64,000 nt of DNA from Patescibacteria group bacterium (GCA_024654525.1 JANLHI010000032.1:128172-192171); one strand, 5' to 3'. Counted from the first letter of the stretch, positions 48,657 to 58,922 are shown. Program-made: numbers and translations. The notes: generated by a model not told the origin, from the letters alone.

Positions 48657-49184
48657 ATGAATTATTTATATCATTCCGTACCAAAAGATTTGCAGGGCAA
48701 TATTTTATACCCACTTAATGTGTTGAAAGAAAAATATCCTGAGATATATGCACAGCAAGTGAGTAAATATATTGGTCGTGAACATATAATTCAGCAACAA
48801 ATTCCAGTACTAGATTGTTTATGGAATGACGTTTTGCATTTCTCTGCTATCAATCCGATAGAGATTAAGCAAGCCCTCATCGAAGCTGGACATAAAGATA
48901 TCACGATGAACTACTATCAGGTTGATCCGAAATTGATCGACACAAAAAATACAATCGTATACCTATATGCTCACACCGACAATAAGGACAAAATGAATGA
49001 AGCAAATTTTGCTCCGTATGATCCCAAAGAAGTGCAACAATTTGCTGTTATGCCACAAATGACTAAGGATTATTATAGGGAAATGATCAGTAAAGGAGAG
49101 CGACCTCTGCTATACCATCGGGTTCCGCATATTCTATACAAAGGAGATCTTAATATAACAGGTCTTCCTGTTATTGCAGTTTAA
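48657..49184 (+). CDS. Conserved hypothetical protein
   Basis: 175-aa AT-rich ORF; YLYHSVP...LYPLN, CLWNDVLHFS, VPHILY. Confidence 0.7.
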   Translation: MNYLYHSVPKDLQGNILYPLNVLKEKYPEIYAQQVSKYIGREHIIQQQIPVLDCLWNDVLHFSAINPIEIKQALIEAGHKDITMNYYQVDPKLIDTKNTIVYLYAHTDNKDKMNEANFAPYDPKEVQQFAVMPQMTKDYYREMISKGERPLLYHRVPHILYKGDLNITGLPVIAV

Positions 49185-49188
49185 TTTT

Positions 49189-49371
49189 ATGAATTCCATG
49201 ACAAAACCTAAAACTATTAAAAAGAACCTCGGTATCTCGCCAGAATGTCTGGCGGAACTACGTCGCGCGACTCTCATAGCTTCTGCCGGCTCATCCACTC
49301 GTCTTGAAGGCTCAAAGCTGTCTGATAAGGAAGTAGCGCAAGTGGCTAATATTGTTTTTGGGAAAAAATAG
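49189..49371 (+). pseudogene. Fic-family N-terminal fragment
   Basis: LRRATLIASAGSSTRLEGSKLS.KEV matches the Fic N-terminal SxxIEG helix; no HPFxxGNGR catalytic part follows. Confidence 0.6.
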
Positions 49372-49612
49372 GAATATCAAATAGGGCCGGATTTTCTTTG
49401 TAGATTCGCCTTAAATCTCGTACAATTTTATCAACACTCCTGAAATCAAGCCGTTTCGATTCTAATTTCGGGACATCGTCTCCGCCAAAATTCGGAATCA
49501 GAAGAAACGGACTGCGGATGTCGAAAAAGAAATTGCTTACTGTAAAGAAAATAACATTCCTTATAAAGCAATCAGAGATGGCGAGGTAGTTATTCTCGAT
49601 TAGATATGGCAA
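49346..49612 (-). CDS. Hypothetical protein
   Basis: 88-aa ORF with no recognised motif. Confidence 0.3.
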   Translation of the reverse strand: MPYLIENNYLAISDCFIRNVIFFTVSNFFFDIRSPFLLIPNFGGDDVPKLESKRLDFRSVDKIVRDLRRIYKENPALFDIPIFSQKQY

Positions 49613-49790
49613 AAACGAAAAACATTAAGAAAAAGAAAAGAGAGTTCCTGTTGCGGCGGCGATTCAGACAAAAAGCGCTGTGACGGCGGAACGTGCGACA
49701 GCACTCCGGCGGCAAAGTGATTTTTTCACTCGGAAATGACACAAAAAATGCCGCAAGGCGCTTTTTGTTTGTACGGACTCACGTTATACT

Positions 49791-50126
49791 GTGTGCATGC
49801 AAACTCGCGGTGTACTCACCACAGTGTCAATTTGCCTCGTTCTTTTCTTGTGTATTCTCCTGTTTTCGGAAAATCCCTTACTTCTCTTCTGCATTTTTGC
49901 GGGTGGAAGTATCGCCCTTCTCGCACTGGATACGCGTGAGTGGCGACTATTTACCCTCGCGATTATCACCGCACTCATTGTCGAACCGTTTGTAGTGCGC
50001 TCCGGAGTGTGGACGTATAAGATAGGGTTTGATTTTCTCGGCGTACCCCTTTGGATTTTCCTTGTATGGGGTGTTGTCGCCGTGAGTTTTTATCGCGTAG
50101 GCAGAGGACTTCGTTCAGCATCATGA
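49791..50126 (+). CDS. Small membrane protein (DUF2878-like)
   Basis: Four hydrophobic segments, VE...VRSGVWTY, GVPLW...WG. Confidence 0.65.
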   Translation: MCMQTRGVLTTVSICLVLFLCILLFSENPLLLFCIFAGGSIALLALDTREWRLFTLAIITALIVEPFVVRSGVWTYKIGFDFLGVPLWIFLVWGVVAVSFYRVGRGLRSAS

Positions 50127-50149
50127 AAGTACTTGTCGTCGGAGGGGGA
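50119..50149 (+). repeat. 31-bp direct repeat, copy 1 (copy 2 at 51772-51802)
   Basis: CATCATGAAAGTACTTGTCGTCGGAGGGGGA occurs at both positions. Confidence 0.92.
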
Positions 50150-50179
50150 CTCGCGACAACCATGATTTTCTATAAAAAT

Positions 50180-50332
50180 ATGAAAATCATTTTTATACAT
50201 GGCAAAGATGCCGATCTGAGCATGAAGTGATACCCGTGGTTCGGGGAGGAAGTGAAAAATATGGGATACGAATTTGCGGCACCGGTGTTGCCTCATTCTG
50301 CTCCGGAGTTATTGAAAGAAATTATAAGTTAG
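50180..50332 (+). pseudogene. RBBP9/YdeN-like alpha/beta hydrolase remnant
   Basis: MKIIFIHGKDADLSMK*YPWF...APVLP; internal TGA at 50228; truncated. Confidence 0.6.
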
Positions 50333-50453
50333 AAATTTTCGGAACTTATTGGGAGGGTTGCGTGAGATTTGGCTTTGTGGTTTGCTGTAGCTTGGTGGGA
50401 TTTTAAGAATTTAATAAGGAATTGATTTTTCTGATTATTATGAAAGGAATTAT

Positions 50454-51119
50454 ATGACAACGTCAATACGAAAGAGTAATTTGCCGGATAATAGTATTTG
50501 GCGAGGGCGTTCGATGGATGACTATTATGATGAAGAGCTGGTTGCGGCGAACTTTCTGACGGGAAATGGAGTAAGTCGTGCAATTTCTCTTATTTATGAC
50601 GACCCGGAATTACGAGGGTTGCCTTGGGATTCTCCTGATGGACTCACATTATTTGTCCCGCATGAGAGTATTGATTTATTGCGCCGCAAAGGACTCGAAT
50701 TCACATTGTCCGATTTGAAGGATCAGGAGTTCATTATGGAAAATCCTCCTCAGGCGCGCGTGGAATCAAAAACGCGAGTTACGTTTTTCCTTCCATCGAA
50801 GATGCCTGGCGAGAAGATTGCGATACTTGCGCTCCAACGACATCTCGAAAAACAACATTTAAACAAAGATTTGCGGGTTACCGGATACACTCGGAGCAAT
50901 ATTCGTTCGCCGTCACTTCAGGGATCTTGGTATGACGATGGATGGTGTAGAGATTCGGTAATCATGTTTGTTATTGATTATCCCTGCGAATCCCATGACC
51001 CATCTCTTGATAGGCAACTAAAGCGTTTGCGAAGAGTCGTGCAATTCTTTTATTGGAAAGTAAAAAGACCTCAACGAGCTGTTTGGATTATCACCCAAAC
51101 CGCTAGGTGCTATGTTTAG
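50454..51119 (+). CDS. Hypothetical protein
   Basis: 221-aa ORF with SD (AAGGA) and a downstream hairpin plus T tract near 51146-51176. Confidence 0.7.
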   Translation: MTTSIRKSNLPDNSIWRGRSMDDYYDEELVAANFLTGNGVSRAISLIYDDPELRGLPWDSPDGLTLFVPHESIDLLRRKGLEFTLSDLKDQEFIMENPPQARVESKTRVTFFLPSKMPGEKIAILALQRHLEKQHLNKDLRVTGYTRSNIRSPSLQGSWYDDGWCRDSVIMFVIDYPCESHDPSLDRQLKRLRRVVQFFYWKVKRPQRAVWIITQTARCYV

Positions 51120-51293
51120 TGCTTAATGATGGCGATGTGATGCAAGCCGCCCCGAAACAGGAGCGGTCTTTTTTTGGAGTAGGATATGGATTGCCTTGTT
51201 TCTCATAATATATTTTTAAATAATGGCTGACTGTGCGGTATGCGCCGCGAGAATTCTCGAGTTACGCAAGCGTTGGTATGATAGAGTTACACT

Positions 51294-51779
51294 ATGACTC
51301 GCGAGGATACCTATTCCGCACTGGTGCGCAAGGAGAGTACACAGGTGTTTCTTTTTACGTCTCCTACGAATTTGCCGTTTAGTTTCGCGTCCCATCCATG
51401 GTTTGTCATCAATACACACGGTGTTCTTTCGCGGTGGGAAGTGCTTTTTAGGAAAACCGATTGGAAAACAAGCTGGGGACATTTGCACAAGGATTTTTTC
51501 CGTCCGTTTCAGGGGATTGAAGTGTTCCCGTATATCGAGGGTTTATTCTGGAATGCAAAGTTGCTAAAAGAAGTGGAGGGAGATGTTGCGTTGCGGATGG
51601 CAGAGTATATTGAAAGTTCTCCTGATATGTATCCATACAACACTCGTTACTTTTTAACCGGTCCGAACAGCAACACTTATACCCAGTGGGTTCTCAATCA
51701 TTTTCCCGAGCTGGACGTTACGCTCCCTTGGAATTCTTTCGGAAAAGGATATGCAATAAAAAACTCAATCACATCATGA
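51294..51779 (+). CDS. DUF3750-like protein
   Basis: FASHPW, SRWEV, YPY...Y...GPNSNTYTQW. Confidence 0.7.
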   Translation: MTREDTYSALVRKESTQVFLFTSPTNLPFSFASHPWFVINTHGVLSRWEVLFRKTDWKTSWGHLHKDFFRPFQGIEVFPYIEGLFWNAKLLKEVEGDVALRMAEYIESSPDMYPYNTRYFLTGPNSNTYTQWVLNHFPELDVTLPWNSFGKGYAIKNSITS

Positions 51780-52930
51780 AAGTACTTGTCGTCGGAGGGG
51801 GAATAGGGGGACTCGCGGTGGCCGTGCTTCTGGAGCGGCGCGGGATTGACGTGACCCTCGTCGAGCAGGCTCCCGAATTCAGGCATATTGGTTTCGGGAT
51901 GACGATTTTTAGCAATGGCCGGAAAGTGCTTCGCGAGCTCGGTCTCGGCGATGAAGTCAGTAGGCACGGCTACAAAGTTCCGTGGATTATGAGTGCCGAC
52001 CCGAACGGGCGCGTTATCGGAGAACGCATCAACTTTAGTTCCGATCTCGCCAAATTCGGAGAGCCATCGGTGACGATAGCGCGCGCGGTGCTTCATGATG
52101 CGCTTGTCAAAAGCCTTTTACGCACCAAGCTTCGTCTCGGAACGAAAATAGAAACATTCAAAAATACGGCGAAGGGCGTTTTAGTGACGTTGCACAGCGG
52201 CGAGAAAGAGGAGTTCGACCTTCTTGTTGCCGCAGACGGGATTCACTCGCATATACGGGAAACGATCTTCGGTCGCGGCGAATCGAAGTTCTATGGCTGG
52301 TCACTCCGCTTTTTCTGGGCTCCGAAGGATGTTCCCGTGTTGCATGGTGCGCTCTGTCTCACTAAGGAAAAAATCACCCTCGCGATCTACCCACTTAAGG
52401 GCAAAAGTTGCGTGGGCATCTACGAATACAATCCGAAGCGGGACAAACACCAGCCGCTCGATTTGCATGATTTCCTTCCGTACCTCTCGCGTCACGGATG
52501 GACGCATGAGGACATCGCGCAGGTGGAGAAGGAAGCCCGTGAAGGTCATCAATACTACGACCACCTCCGCCACGTTTCGCTCGGCAAATGGTATAAAAAG
52601 CGAGTTGTGCTTCTCGGTGACGCGCGTCATGGATTTTCGCCCATCACCGGCATGGGGGCCTCGATGGCGCTTGAAGACGCATTCGTCCTTGCCGACGAGC
52701 TTGCCAAAGTTGAAAGCACACACCTAGATGTCGCACTCAAGAATTACTCAAGGAGACGAACATTTCATTTAAAAAAAATGGTAGCACTGTGTAAAATGGG
52801 GGAGCGCTTCTTTTTTATCACCAATCGTTTCCAGCGGTGGATACGCAACCTCGTGTCCACTCTGTTTACGCGTCCCATTTTGAGTCAAATCAAGAAAAAA
52901 TTGGAAGAAGTCGTGAATACTCCTCTGTAA
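51776..52930 (+). CDS. FAD-dependent monooxygenase (salicylate hydroxylase/UbiH-like)
   Basis: VVGGGIGGL, AADGIHS.IR, LLGDARH..SP.TGMGASMALEDA. Confidence 0.92.
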   Translation: MKVLVVGGGIGGLAVAVLLERRGIDVTLVEQAPEFRHIGFGMTIFSNGRKVLRELGLGDEVSRHGYKVPWIMSADPNGRVIGERINFSSDLAKFGEPSVTIARAVLHDALVKSLLRTKLRLGTKIETFKNTAKGVLVTLHSGEKEEFDLLVAADGIHSHIRETIFGRGESKFYGWSLRFFWAPKDVPVLHGALCLTKEKITLAIYPLKGKSCVGIYEYNPKRDKHQPLDLHDFLPYLSRHGWTHEDIAQVEKEAREGHQYYDHLRHVSLGKWYKKRVVLLGDARHGFSPITGMGASMALEDAFVLADELAKVESTHLDVALKNYSRRRTFHLKKMVALCKMGERFFFITNRFQRWIRNLVSTLFTRPILSQIKKKLEEVVNTPL

Positions 52931-52980
52931 CAAAACAAGACGTGAACGCCATTATCCCATTATTCATTTTGTAATCATTT

Positions 52981-53376
52981 ATGACCTACGGAATGCCAAA
53001 TTTTTTTTATTGCAGAACAGAACCGTGGCGTTTTGAAGATGTGCTTGATTTTATTCGCTCAAACTTTGAAGTAAGGGGAAATTTTGCATTCCGTGTGGGC
53101 AACAAGTCCAATACCGCCGATGAAAACCAACGTGCAGGCTTGGTTGTGGCATACGCGCAACTCATGGACTATACTTTTAATCAAGTGAAGGCATTATTTT
53201 CTGAACATGATCATTTTGCTATTGCCATGCCAGAAACTAGACAAGGACGAAATATCTCGGAATTAAACAAGATTTTTGCGGACTTATTACAAAAAGGTAA
53301 TAGCATGGATGCGAAGATAAATGATTTCCCAGAGTTATTCGATATTCCGAAGGACGTTCTGACCATAAAGGAATAA
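52981..53376 (+). CDS. HopJ-like protein (tentative)
   Basis: FEDVLDFI...F.VG...N.ADENQ...AYAQL...LFSEH resembles the HopJ family pattern. Confidence 0.5.
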   Translation: MTYGMPNFFYCRTEPWRFEDVLDFIRSNFEVRGNFAFRVGNKSNTADENQRAGLVVAYAQLMDYTFNQVKALFSEHDHFAIAMPETRQGRNISELNKIFADLLQKGNSMDAKINDFPELFDIPKDVLTIKE

Positions 53377-53583
53377 AATTTATATCCGAGAATATGGCAT
53401 ATCCGGTTCCGCTTTGCTTCAGGGATAACGGATACAGTCATTATTTTATCCGAAAAAATGGTGAAATTATTATGACATATGAAAATACAAACAATGGCGG
53501 CGTCCCTATTTCCTGCTTATCATTATCAAGTTTGAATCTTACTATTTTGTCGATGTATCTATTATTAGTTATGGAATTTAGAT

Positions 53584-53886
53584 ATGAAATTCAATCTTGA
53601 TTCCCTATGCAAGACCATCACGAAACCGTGGACTCCGGTAGATGTGGCAGTGTGTGACGACAAAGTTCTGCGAGTTGCATTGTTTGAGGGAGAATATCAT
53701 AAACACTCGCATGAGTACGATGAATTTTTTATGGTGCATCGGGGCGCGATTACTATTTGGACGGAGAAGGGGACTATTGAGCTCGAAGAAGGGGAAGGGT
53801 ACACGGTTCCCAAGAATACGAAACACAAACCAAGTGCCAAAACGCCCTCATATGTGTTGATGGTTGATTCGGAAGCAGACAAATAA
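53584..53886 (+). CDS. Cupin domain protein
   Basis: GEYHKHSHEYDEFF, VPKNTKHKP. Confidence 0.88.
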   Translation: MKFNLDSLCKTITKPWTPVDVAVCDDKVLRVALFEGEYHKHSHEYDEFFMVHRGAITIWTEKGTIELEEGEGYTVPKNTKHKPSAKTPSYVLMVDSEADK

Positions 53887-53914
53887 AACTTCTCAAACTA
53901 CTATTCAAGGAGTT

Positions 53915-54505
53915 TTATACAGGATTGTATAACAACTTCAGCTTTTCGAGTCCGCGGTGCAGCTGCACGGCAAGTGTGTTTTTTGTTTGTCCGGTGATGA
54001 GAGACATCTCTTTAAGCGACAAATCTTGTGTGTACCGCATGCGCATCACTTTTCTGTATTTCTCGGGCAGGCGTTGCATCAAAAGAAGCCCGGCTTTTCC
54101 ATCTAAAATATTAAGAAGGCGCCCCGGGTCTCCCGCGCTTGGTTCGAATCCTTTTTCGAGAAGAACATCGAGCGAGGTGGCGGTGCGTTTCCGGTATTGG
54201 TCGACAATCAAATTGTTAAGGACGTGATAGAGGAACGCTTTCATAAGATCTATTTTTCCGCCTTTCACAAGATACATCCATGTTTTTGTAAACGTGTCTT
54301 GTACCAAATCCCTGCCCATCGCACGGTCGCTCACCTTGAAGAATGCATGCGCATTAAGCCCCTTCTCGTAGTCGTGGTGTGCTTGGGTAAGTATCCTTTG
54401 CCGTTGTGTGTTTTGTTTTGGAGTCATTACGTGTATATGCCGTTCGCGCACCTTTTCCATTACATGGGTATTACCGCAGTATTGTAATAACGAGGATTGC
54501 TTCAT
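53915..54505 (-). CDS. ECF-type RNA polymerase sigma factor (start possibly 54427)
   Basis: DLVQDTFTKTW, AFLY...NNLIVDQYRK, LSLKEMS...HRG. Confidence 0.9.
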   Translation of the reverse strand: MKQSSLLQYCGNTHVMEKVRERHIHVMTPKQNTQRQRILTQAHHDYEKGLNAHAFFKVSDRAMGRDLVQDTFTKTWMYLVKGGKIDLMKAFLYHVLNNLIVDQYRKRTATSLDVLLEKGFEPSAGDPGRLLNILDGKAGLLLMQRLPEKYRKVMRMRYTQDLSLKEMSLITGQTKNTLAVQLHRGLEKLKLLYNPV

Positions 54506-54721
54506 ATCCCAGCGGTCTATATGTGGCTGGATGTAACGGTATTACATTACACCGGCATTACGACAATTGTGCGCAGAGGAGGACTGACGAGAATCTAAAA
54601 ATACCACGTTTTATGTCTTATGGCAAGGAATGTGTGATGAGAAAAGTGTATGCATTCTTTGTCTTTGGAATCATTCCGCACTTTTGCAATAATTCAGGAT
54701 TTCCGGCGGCATTATTCACAT

Positions 54722-55198
54722 ATGACGCAGAACAACAAAGTGGGTGTACGGAAAAATATAAATGTGTGGAGAGTTTCTAAAATCATGATGGTTTCGATTG
54801 TGCCAATTTTTTTGCTGGGTCTTTTTTGGTACCAAGCGTATGCGCAGTCCTCTGTGCGCCACCCCGATGCATATGTGAAAGAAAGCGCGGTGTCGGACAT
54901 ACCTTCTCAGAAAAAAACAACAATGTTTGAAATCCACATTGCGAGTAATGGTGCGATGTTTTTACAGGGCGCTCGGGTAATTTCAATTACAAGCGATGGT
55001 ATGCATGTCATTACCGAATGGGATTCGGGGGATTTCACGTGGGGGGTTCAGACTAATTTTTTTACAAAATTTACAACATCAAAAGGTGAGAAGATGACAT
55101 CCGAAAGTATACACGTGGGTGATGTGCTCACGGTCAGTGGAAAATTAATCAAAGGAGGAAGTAGCCCGATTATTGCTGCGGATTTTGTGAGGGAATAG
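54722..55198 (+). CDS. Membrane-anchored hypothetical protein (OB-fold-like C-terminus)
   Basis: TM helix; GARVISI...I.VGD.LTVSG.L. Confidence 0.6.
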   Translation: MTQNNKVGVRKNINVWRVSKIMMVSIVPIFLLGLFWYQAYAQSSVRHPDAYVKESAVSDIPSQKKTTMFEIHIASNGAMFLQGARVISITSDGMHVITEWDSGDFTWGVQTNFFTKFTTSKGEKMTSESIHVGDVLTVSGKLIKGGSSPIIAADFVRE

Positions 55199-55416
55199 GA
55201 AAGTTATTGCATTTGGCATCTCCTCCATTTGCAATCCGCTCGTTAATTGTAATCATTGCAACTCTCGAGCGGCTTTTTCCCAATGGCAATTACCATCCAA
55301 ATTATCAGGTAATTCCTCAAAAATAAGACCGAATCAACCCCGAGAGCCGCAGTCAAGTTAGGAAAATATGACAATAGAGACTAAGCTGATAAGCAGACAG
55401 CTATCCAAAGAAAATC

Positions 55417-55800
55417 ATGCAAGCCCCAAAAACAGTATTAATAGTAGAAGATGAGAAAAGTCTCCGCGAGGCCATCGTGGACATTCTCCGTCTCAAAAAT
55501 TTTCTGCCTCTTGAGGCGAGAAACGGCAGGGAAGGGTTAGAGCTTGCGTTTTCAAAACACCCAGACCTTATTTTACTTGATCTTATTATGCCGGAGATGG
55601 ATGGTATGACTGTGATAAAGAAAATTAGAGAAGACGCTTGGGGAAAAAAAGTCCTCATCATCATTCTTACGAACTTAAGTGCGATCAATGGACACATGGT
55701 AGCCGATGCGATGGCACATAGGCCAACACATTATCTCATCAAGTCGGATTGGAAACTTCATGATATTGTAAGAAAGATTGAGACGATATTGGCAGCCTAA
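55417..55800 (+). CDS. Response regulator receiver protein
   Basis: LIVEDE, LLDLIMPEMDG, ILTN, YLIK. Confidence 0.92.
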   Translation: MQAPKTVLIVEDEKSLREAIVDILRLKNFLPLEARNGREGLELAFSKHPDLILLDLIMPEMDGMTVIKKIREDAWGKKVLIIILTNLSAINGHMVADAMAHRPTHYLIKSDWKLHDIVRKIETILAA

Positions 55801-55818
55801 TATACTCTTATCTATACT

Positions 55819-57573
55819 ATGAGAAAAAAGACTATTATTTCCGCATCCGATAACATAATCCTCAATCTCAAAGTTTTGGCCGAGGAAAAAGAAGGCGTCA
55901 GACTCAAGCTTGTGGTGACGGCGGCAAAGCTTGCCGCGACCGCCGAGAAGCTTGCCGCGATTGCCAAGAAAAAAGAAGGCGTCAGACTCAAGCTTGTGGT
56001 GACGGCGGCAAAGCTTGCCGCGACCGCCGAGAAGCTCGCTATTACCGCTAAGAAAAGGGAGGGTATTAGAAGGCGCAAACTTGCAGTGACGGCGGCAAAG
56101 CTTGCCGCGACCGCAGAGAAACTTGCAGTTACCGCCAAAGAGAAAGAGGGTGTCCGACACAGGCTTGCAGTGACGGCGGCAAAGCTTGCCGCGACCGCCG
56201 AGAAGCTTGCGATCACCGCCAAGGAGAAAGAGAACGTTCGACGCAAGCTTACCGTAATCGCCAGTGAGCTCGCCGCGGCCGCCAAAGAGAAAGAGAGCGT
56301 TCGACGCAAGTTGGTAGTGACTGCTAAAGAAAAAGAAATTGTCAGACTTAAGCTGGTGGTCACCGCAGAGAAGCTCAAACGGTCGTATGAAATGCTCGAG
56401 AGGAAAGTTTTTGAACGTACCAAAGACCTTGAAATGGCACGAGCCAAAGAAGAGGCTATTTTACTTTCAATCGGCGACGGACTTCTTGTGACCGATGAAA
56501 AAGGAAATGTGATTATTATAAATAAAACAGCTGAAAAACTTTTCAGTAAGAACAGTAAAGAAGTTGTGGGGAGAGTTTTTTCTGACGTTATCTTCTTAGA
56601 AGATGAAAAAGGCGCCAGCATCCCTTCAGAGAAGCATCCCGTAAACGTTGCTCTTGCAACGAGTGCAGCTACTGCTACGGGTCCCACTTACTATTGCGTG
56701 CGAGAGGATAAGACAAAATTTCCTATGGCGATTATGGCAACGCCCGTCGTGCTTAATGGGAAGGTTATCGGAGCAATCAAAATCTTTCGAGATATCACCA
56801 ACGAGCGAGAAATTGATAAAGCAAAGACTGAATTCGTTTCACTTGCCTCACATCAGCTCCGTACACCGCTTTCTGCGGTCAATTGGTACACGGAAATGCT
56901 TTTGGCGGGAGATGTGGGAGAGTTGAATGAAAAACAAAAAAAGTATTTAGACGAGGTATACCGCAGTAATCAACGGATGGTTGAGTTGGTGAATGCCCTT
57001 TTGGATGTTTCTTCTCTTGAGCTCGGCACATTCGTGATGGAGCCCGAATCAACCGACATAATAAAACTCGCGCAGAGCGTAATAGATGAACAAAAACCGC
57101 AGATTCATGCGAAGAGAATACATTTTTCTTTTTTATCTAAAAGAAAAGTTTCACCCATGCAAGTCGATCCGAAGCTTCTGCGAATGGTACTGCAAAATAT
57201 TTTATCAAATGCGGTGAAATATACCCCCGGAGGCGGAAAGATACGATTATCAATTTCATTGGTCGATAAAAAGAATATTCTTCTCAAAGTTTCTGACACA
57301 GGCTATGGCATCCCGAATAACCAGCAGGATAAAATATTTACCAAACTTTTCCGGGCGGATAATGTGAGAGACAAAGACACAGATGGAACAGGTCTCGGGC
57401 TTTACATCGCAAAATCAATTGTTGAAAATGCTGGCGGGAAAATTTGGTTTACATCCTCTGGTGAGGTGGCTGGTGTTCGGGCAAGCCGCATGGCAGGCGG
57501 AGAAGAAAATAATGGCACTACGTTTTATGTATCCCTTCCTTTAGATGCGGCGCAGAGAGAAAGTACCAAATAA
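55819..57573 (+). CDS. Cytoplasmic PAS sensor histidine kinase with N-terminal tandem coiled-coil repeats
   Basis: ASHQLRTPL (H box), NAVKYT, DTGYGIP, GTGLGL; PAS SIGDG. Confidence 0.95.
   Translation: MRKKTIISASDNIILNLKVLAEEKEGVRLKLVVTAAKLAATAEKLAAIAKKKEGVRLKLVVTAAKLAATAEKLAITAKKREGIRRRKLAVTAAKLAATAEKLAVTAKEKEGVRHRLAVTAAKLAATAEKLAITAKEKENVRRKLTVIASELAAAAKEKESVRRKLVVTAKEKEIVRLKLVVTAEKLKRSYEMLERKVFERTKDLEMARAKEEAILLSIGDGLLVTDEKGNVIIINKTAEKLFSKNSKEVVGRVFSDVIFLEDEKGASIPSEKHPVNVALATSAATATGPTYYCVREDKTKFPMAIMATPVVLNGKVIGAIKIFRDITNEREIDKAKTEFVSLASHQLRTPLSAVNWYTEMLLAGDVGELNEKQKKYLDEVYRSNQRMVELVNALLDVSSLELGTFVMEPESTDIIKLAQSVIDEQKPQIHAKRIHFSFLSKRKVSPMQVDPKLLRMVLQNILSNAVKYTPGGGKIRLSISLVDKKNILLKVSDTGYGIPNNQQDKIFTKLFRADNVRDKDTDGTGLGLYIAKSIVENAGGKIWFTSSGEVAGVRASRMAGGEENNGTTFYVSLPLDAAQRESTK
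55882..56376 (+). repeat. Tandem 84-nt (28-aa) repeats followed by 21-aa and 14-aa units
   Basis: GTGACGGCGGCAAAGCTTGCCGCGACCGC occurs four times. Confidence 0.93.
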
Positions 57574-57616
57574 AGTTATTAGTATCTCACGTAACCACAT
57601 ACTATAAAATCTAAAT

Positions 57617-58123
57617 ATGGCAAAAAAATTAATAAAGGACATTCACATTAAAGGGCAGCTCGCTATGGGGCAAAGGAAAACAATTTTAGTTATTGAGGAC
57701 GAGCGGCCCCTACTTGATGCAATAAATGCCAAGCTTGAGAAAAATGGTTTTGGCGTTATTACGGCGCGTAGCGTCGAGCAGACATTTAATGCAAAGTTAG
57801 AGAAGAAAGGTTTAGGTAGTATCACTGTCCAGAGCATTGAACAAGCTCTTAGATATCTCGAAAGCTTGGAACGAGTTGATGCAATCTGGCTTGACCACCA
57901 CCTCTTAGGTAAAGAAGATGGCCTTGATTTTGTGAAAAAATTCAAAGCGAATGGGGGACGATGGAATACCATCCCTATTTTTGTGGTCTCGAATGCTGCA
58001 AGCCCTAACACGGTACGGTCATATATCGATGCGGGCGTTACAAAATACTATGTGAAATCCGACCATCGACTCGATGAAATTATCAAGGATATAAGGTCAT
58101 TTTTAGACCATCCGGAAAAATAA
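57617..58123 (+). CDS. Response regulator receiver protein
   Basis: LVIEDE, IWLDHHLLG..DG, VVSN, YYVK; internal duplication (SVEQ / SIEQ). Confidence 0.85.
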   Translation: MAKKLIKDIHIKGQLAMGQRKTILVIEDERPLLDAINAKLEKNGFGVITARSVEQTFNAKLEKKGLGSITVQSIEQALRYLESLERVDAIWLDHHLLGKEDGLDFVKKFKANGGRWNTIPIFVVSNAASPNTVRSYIDAGVTKYYVKSDHRLDEIIKDIRSFLDHPEK

Positions 58124-58325
58124 GCAATACAATTAAAGAATTCGGAGATAATAGAAACACTTCTCATTGAAAAGAGGTTTTTTGGTGTTGCGAGATGAAA
58201 AATATCTTTTTCGAAAGTTGTTTGAAATTTTCACTCGGCTTCTCGTTCGTTGTAACAAGTCCAGTTTCTGAGCGGCTTACTTATTGCAAAGGTTGAATCA
58301 AAATAATTAATCAACCAAAAACAGT

Positions 58326-58625
58326 ATGAAGAAAGAAAACATTGTTACCGGAGTTGTGGTATCGGTTATTATCGTAGCCGGTGGGATATTCTTATTTTCG
58401 AAATATGCGGGGCCGTCGGCGGTGATCCCGGGCATCTCGGGCGCAAATCAAAGCACGCTTGCGGCAGTGCAGGTCAGTCTTACTCCACCTTCCGAGGATC
58501 AGAATGTTCCAAACGAATCCAATCCAACGCCCGATGACGTCGCGAAGATCGCGGAAATAGTGGATGTTTCCACTATCAGTCTTCCTGATGCGGGGATTCC
58601 CCTGGAAGAGGAAAGTGTTCAATAA
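58326..58625 (+). CDS. Hypothetical membrane-anchored protein
   Basis: N-terminal TM and acidic tail. Confidence 0.6.
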   Translation: MKKENIVTGVVVSVIIVAGGIFLFSKYAGPSAVIPGISGANQSTLAAVQVSLTPPSEDQNVPNESNPTPDDVAKIAEIVDVSTISLPDAGIPLEEESVQ

Positions 58626-58643
58626 ACGACGCATATAGAGAAT

Positions 58644-58922
58644 ATGGAAACAGCACTCATGTTTGCGGAAACGGTTTTCTATCTTACGGTGTCTGTGACA
58701 ATCATTGTACTCGGCGTGTGGTGTGCTCTTCTTGCGCGTCACTTTATACGTATAGCTCGGGAGCTCGGAGAGTTTTTTCGCAATCTTCATGATGTCTCGA
58801 GCGAGGTGGGGGAGCGGATACGCGATAGTATCGACAGGATTTCGGACGTGCCGATTCTTTCCTATTTTCTCAAAAAGCATTCCACCGCGCATGAAAGGAA
58901 AGGTCGGAGTAAGTCGGTTTGA
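58644..58922 (+). CDS. Hypothetical membrane protein
   Basis: Single TM and helical tail, upstream of the YtxH-like gene. Confidence 0.6.
   Translation: METALMFAETVFYLTVSVTIIVLGVWCALLARHFIRIARELGEFFRNLHDVSSEVGERIRDSIDRISDVPILSYFLKKHSTAHERKGRSKSV

Noticed and set aside
49606-49683. 25-aa basic ORF MAKTKNIKKKKREFLLRRRFRQKAL
   Set aside because: Too short and without supporting signals; may be a remnant.
55812-56687. 291-aa repetitive antisense ORF; the repeats were also considered as a CRISPR array
   Set aside because: It mirrors the kinase's coding repeats; units are in frame, there are no unique spacers and no cas genes.
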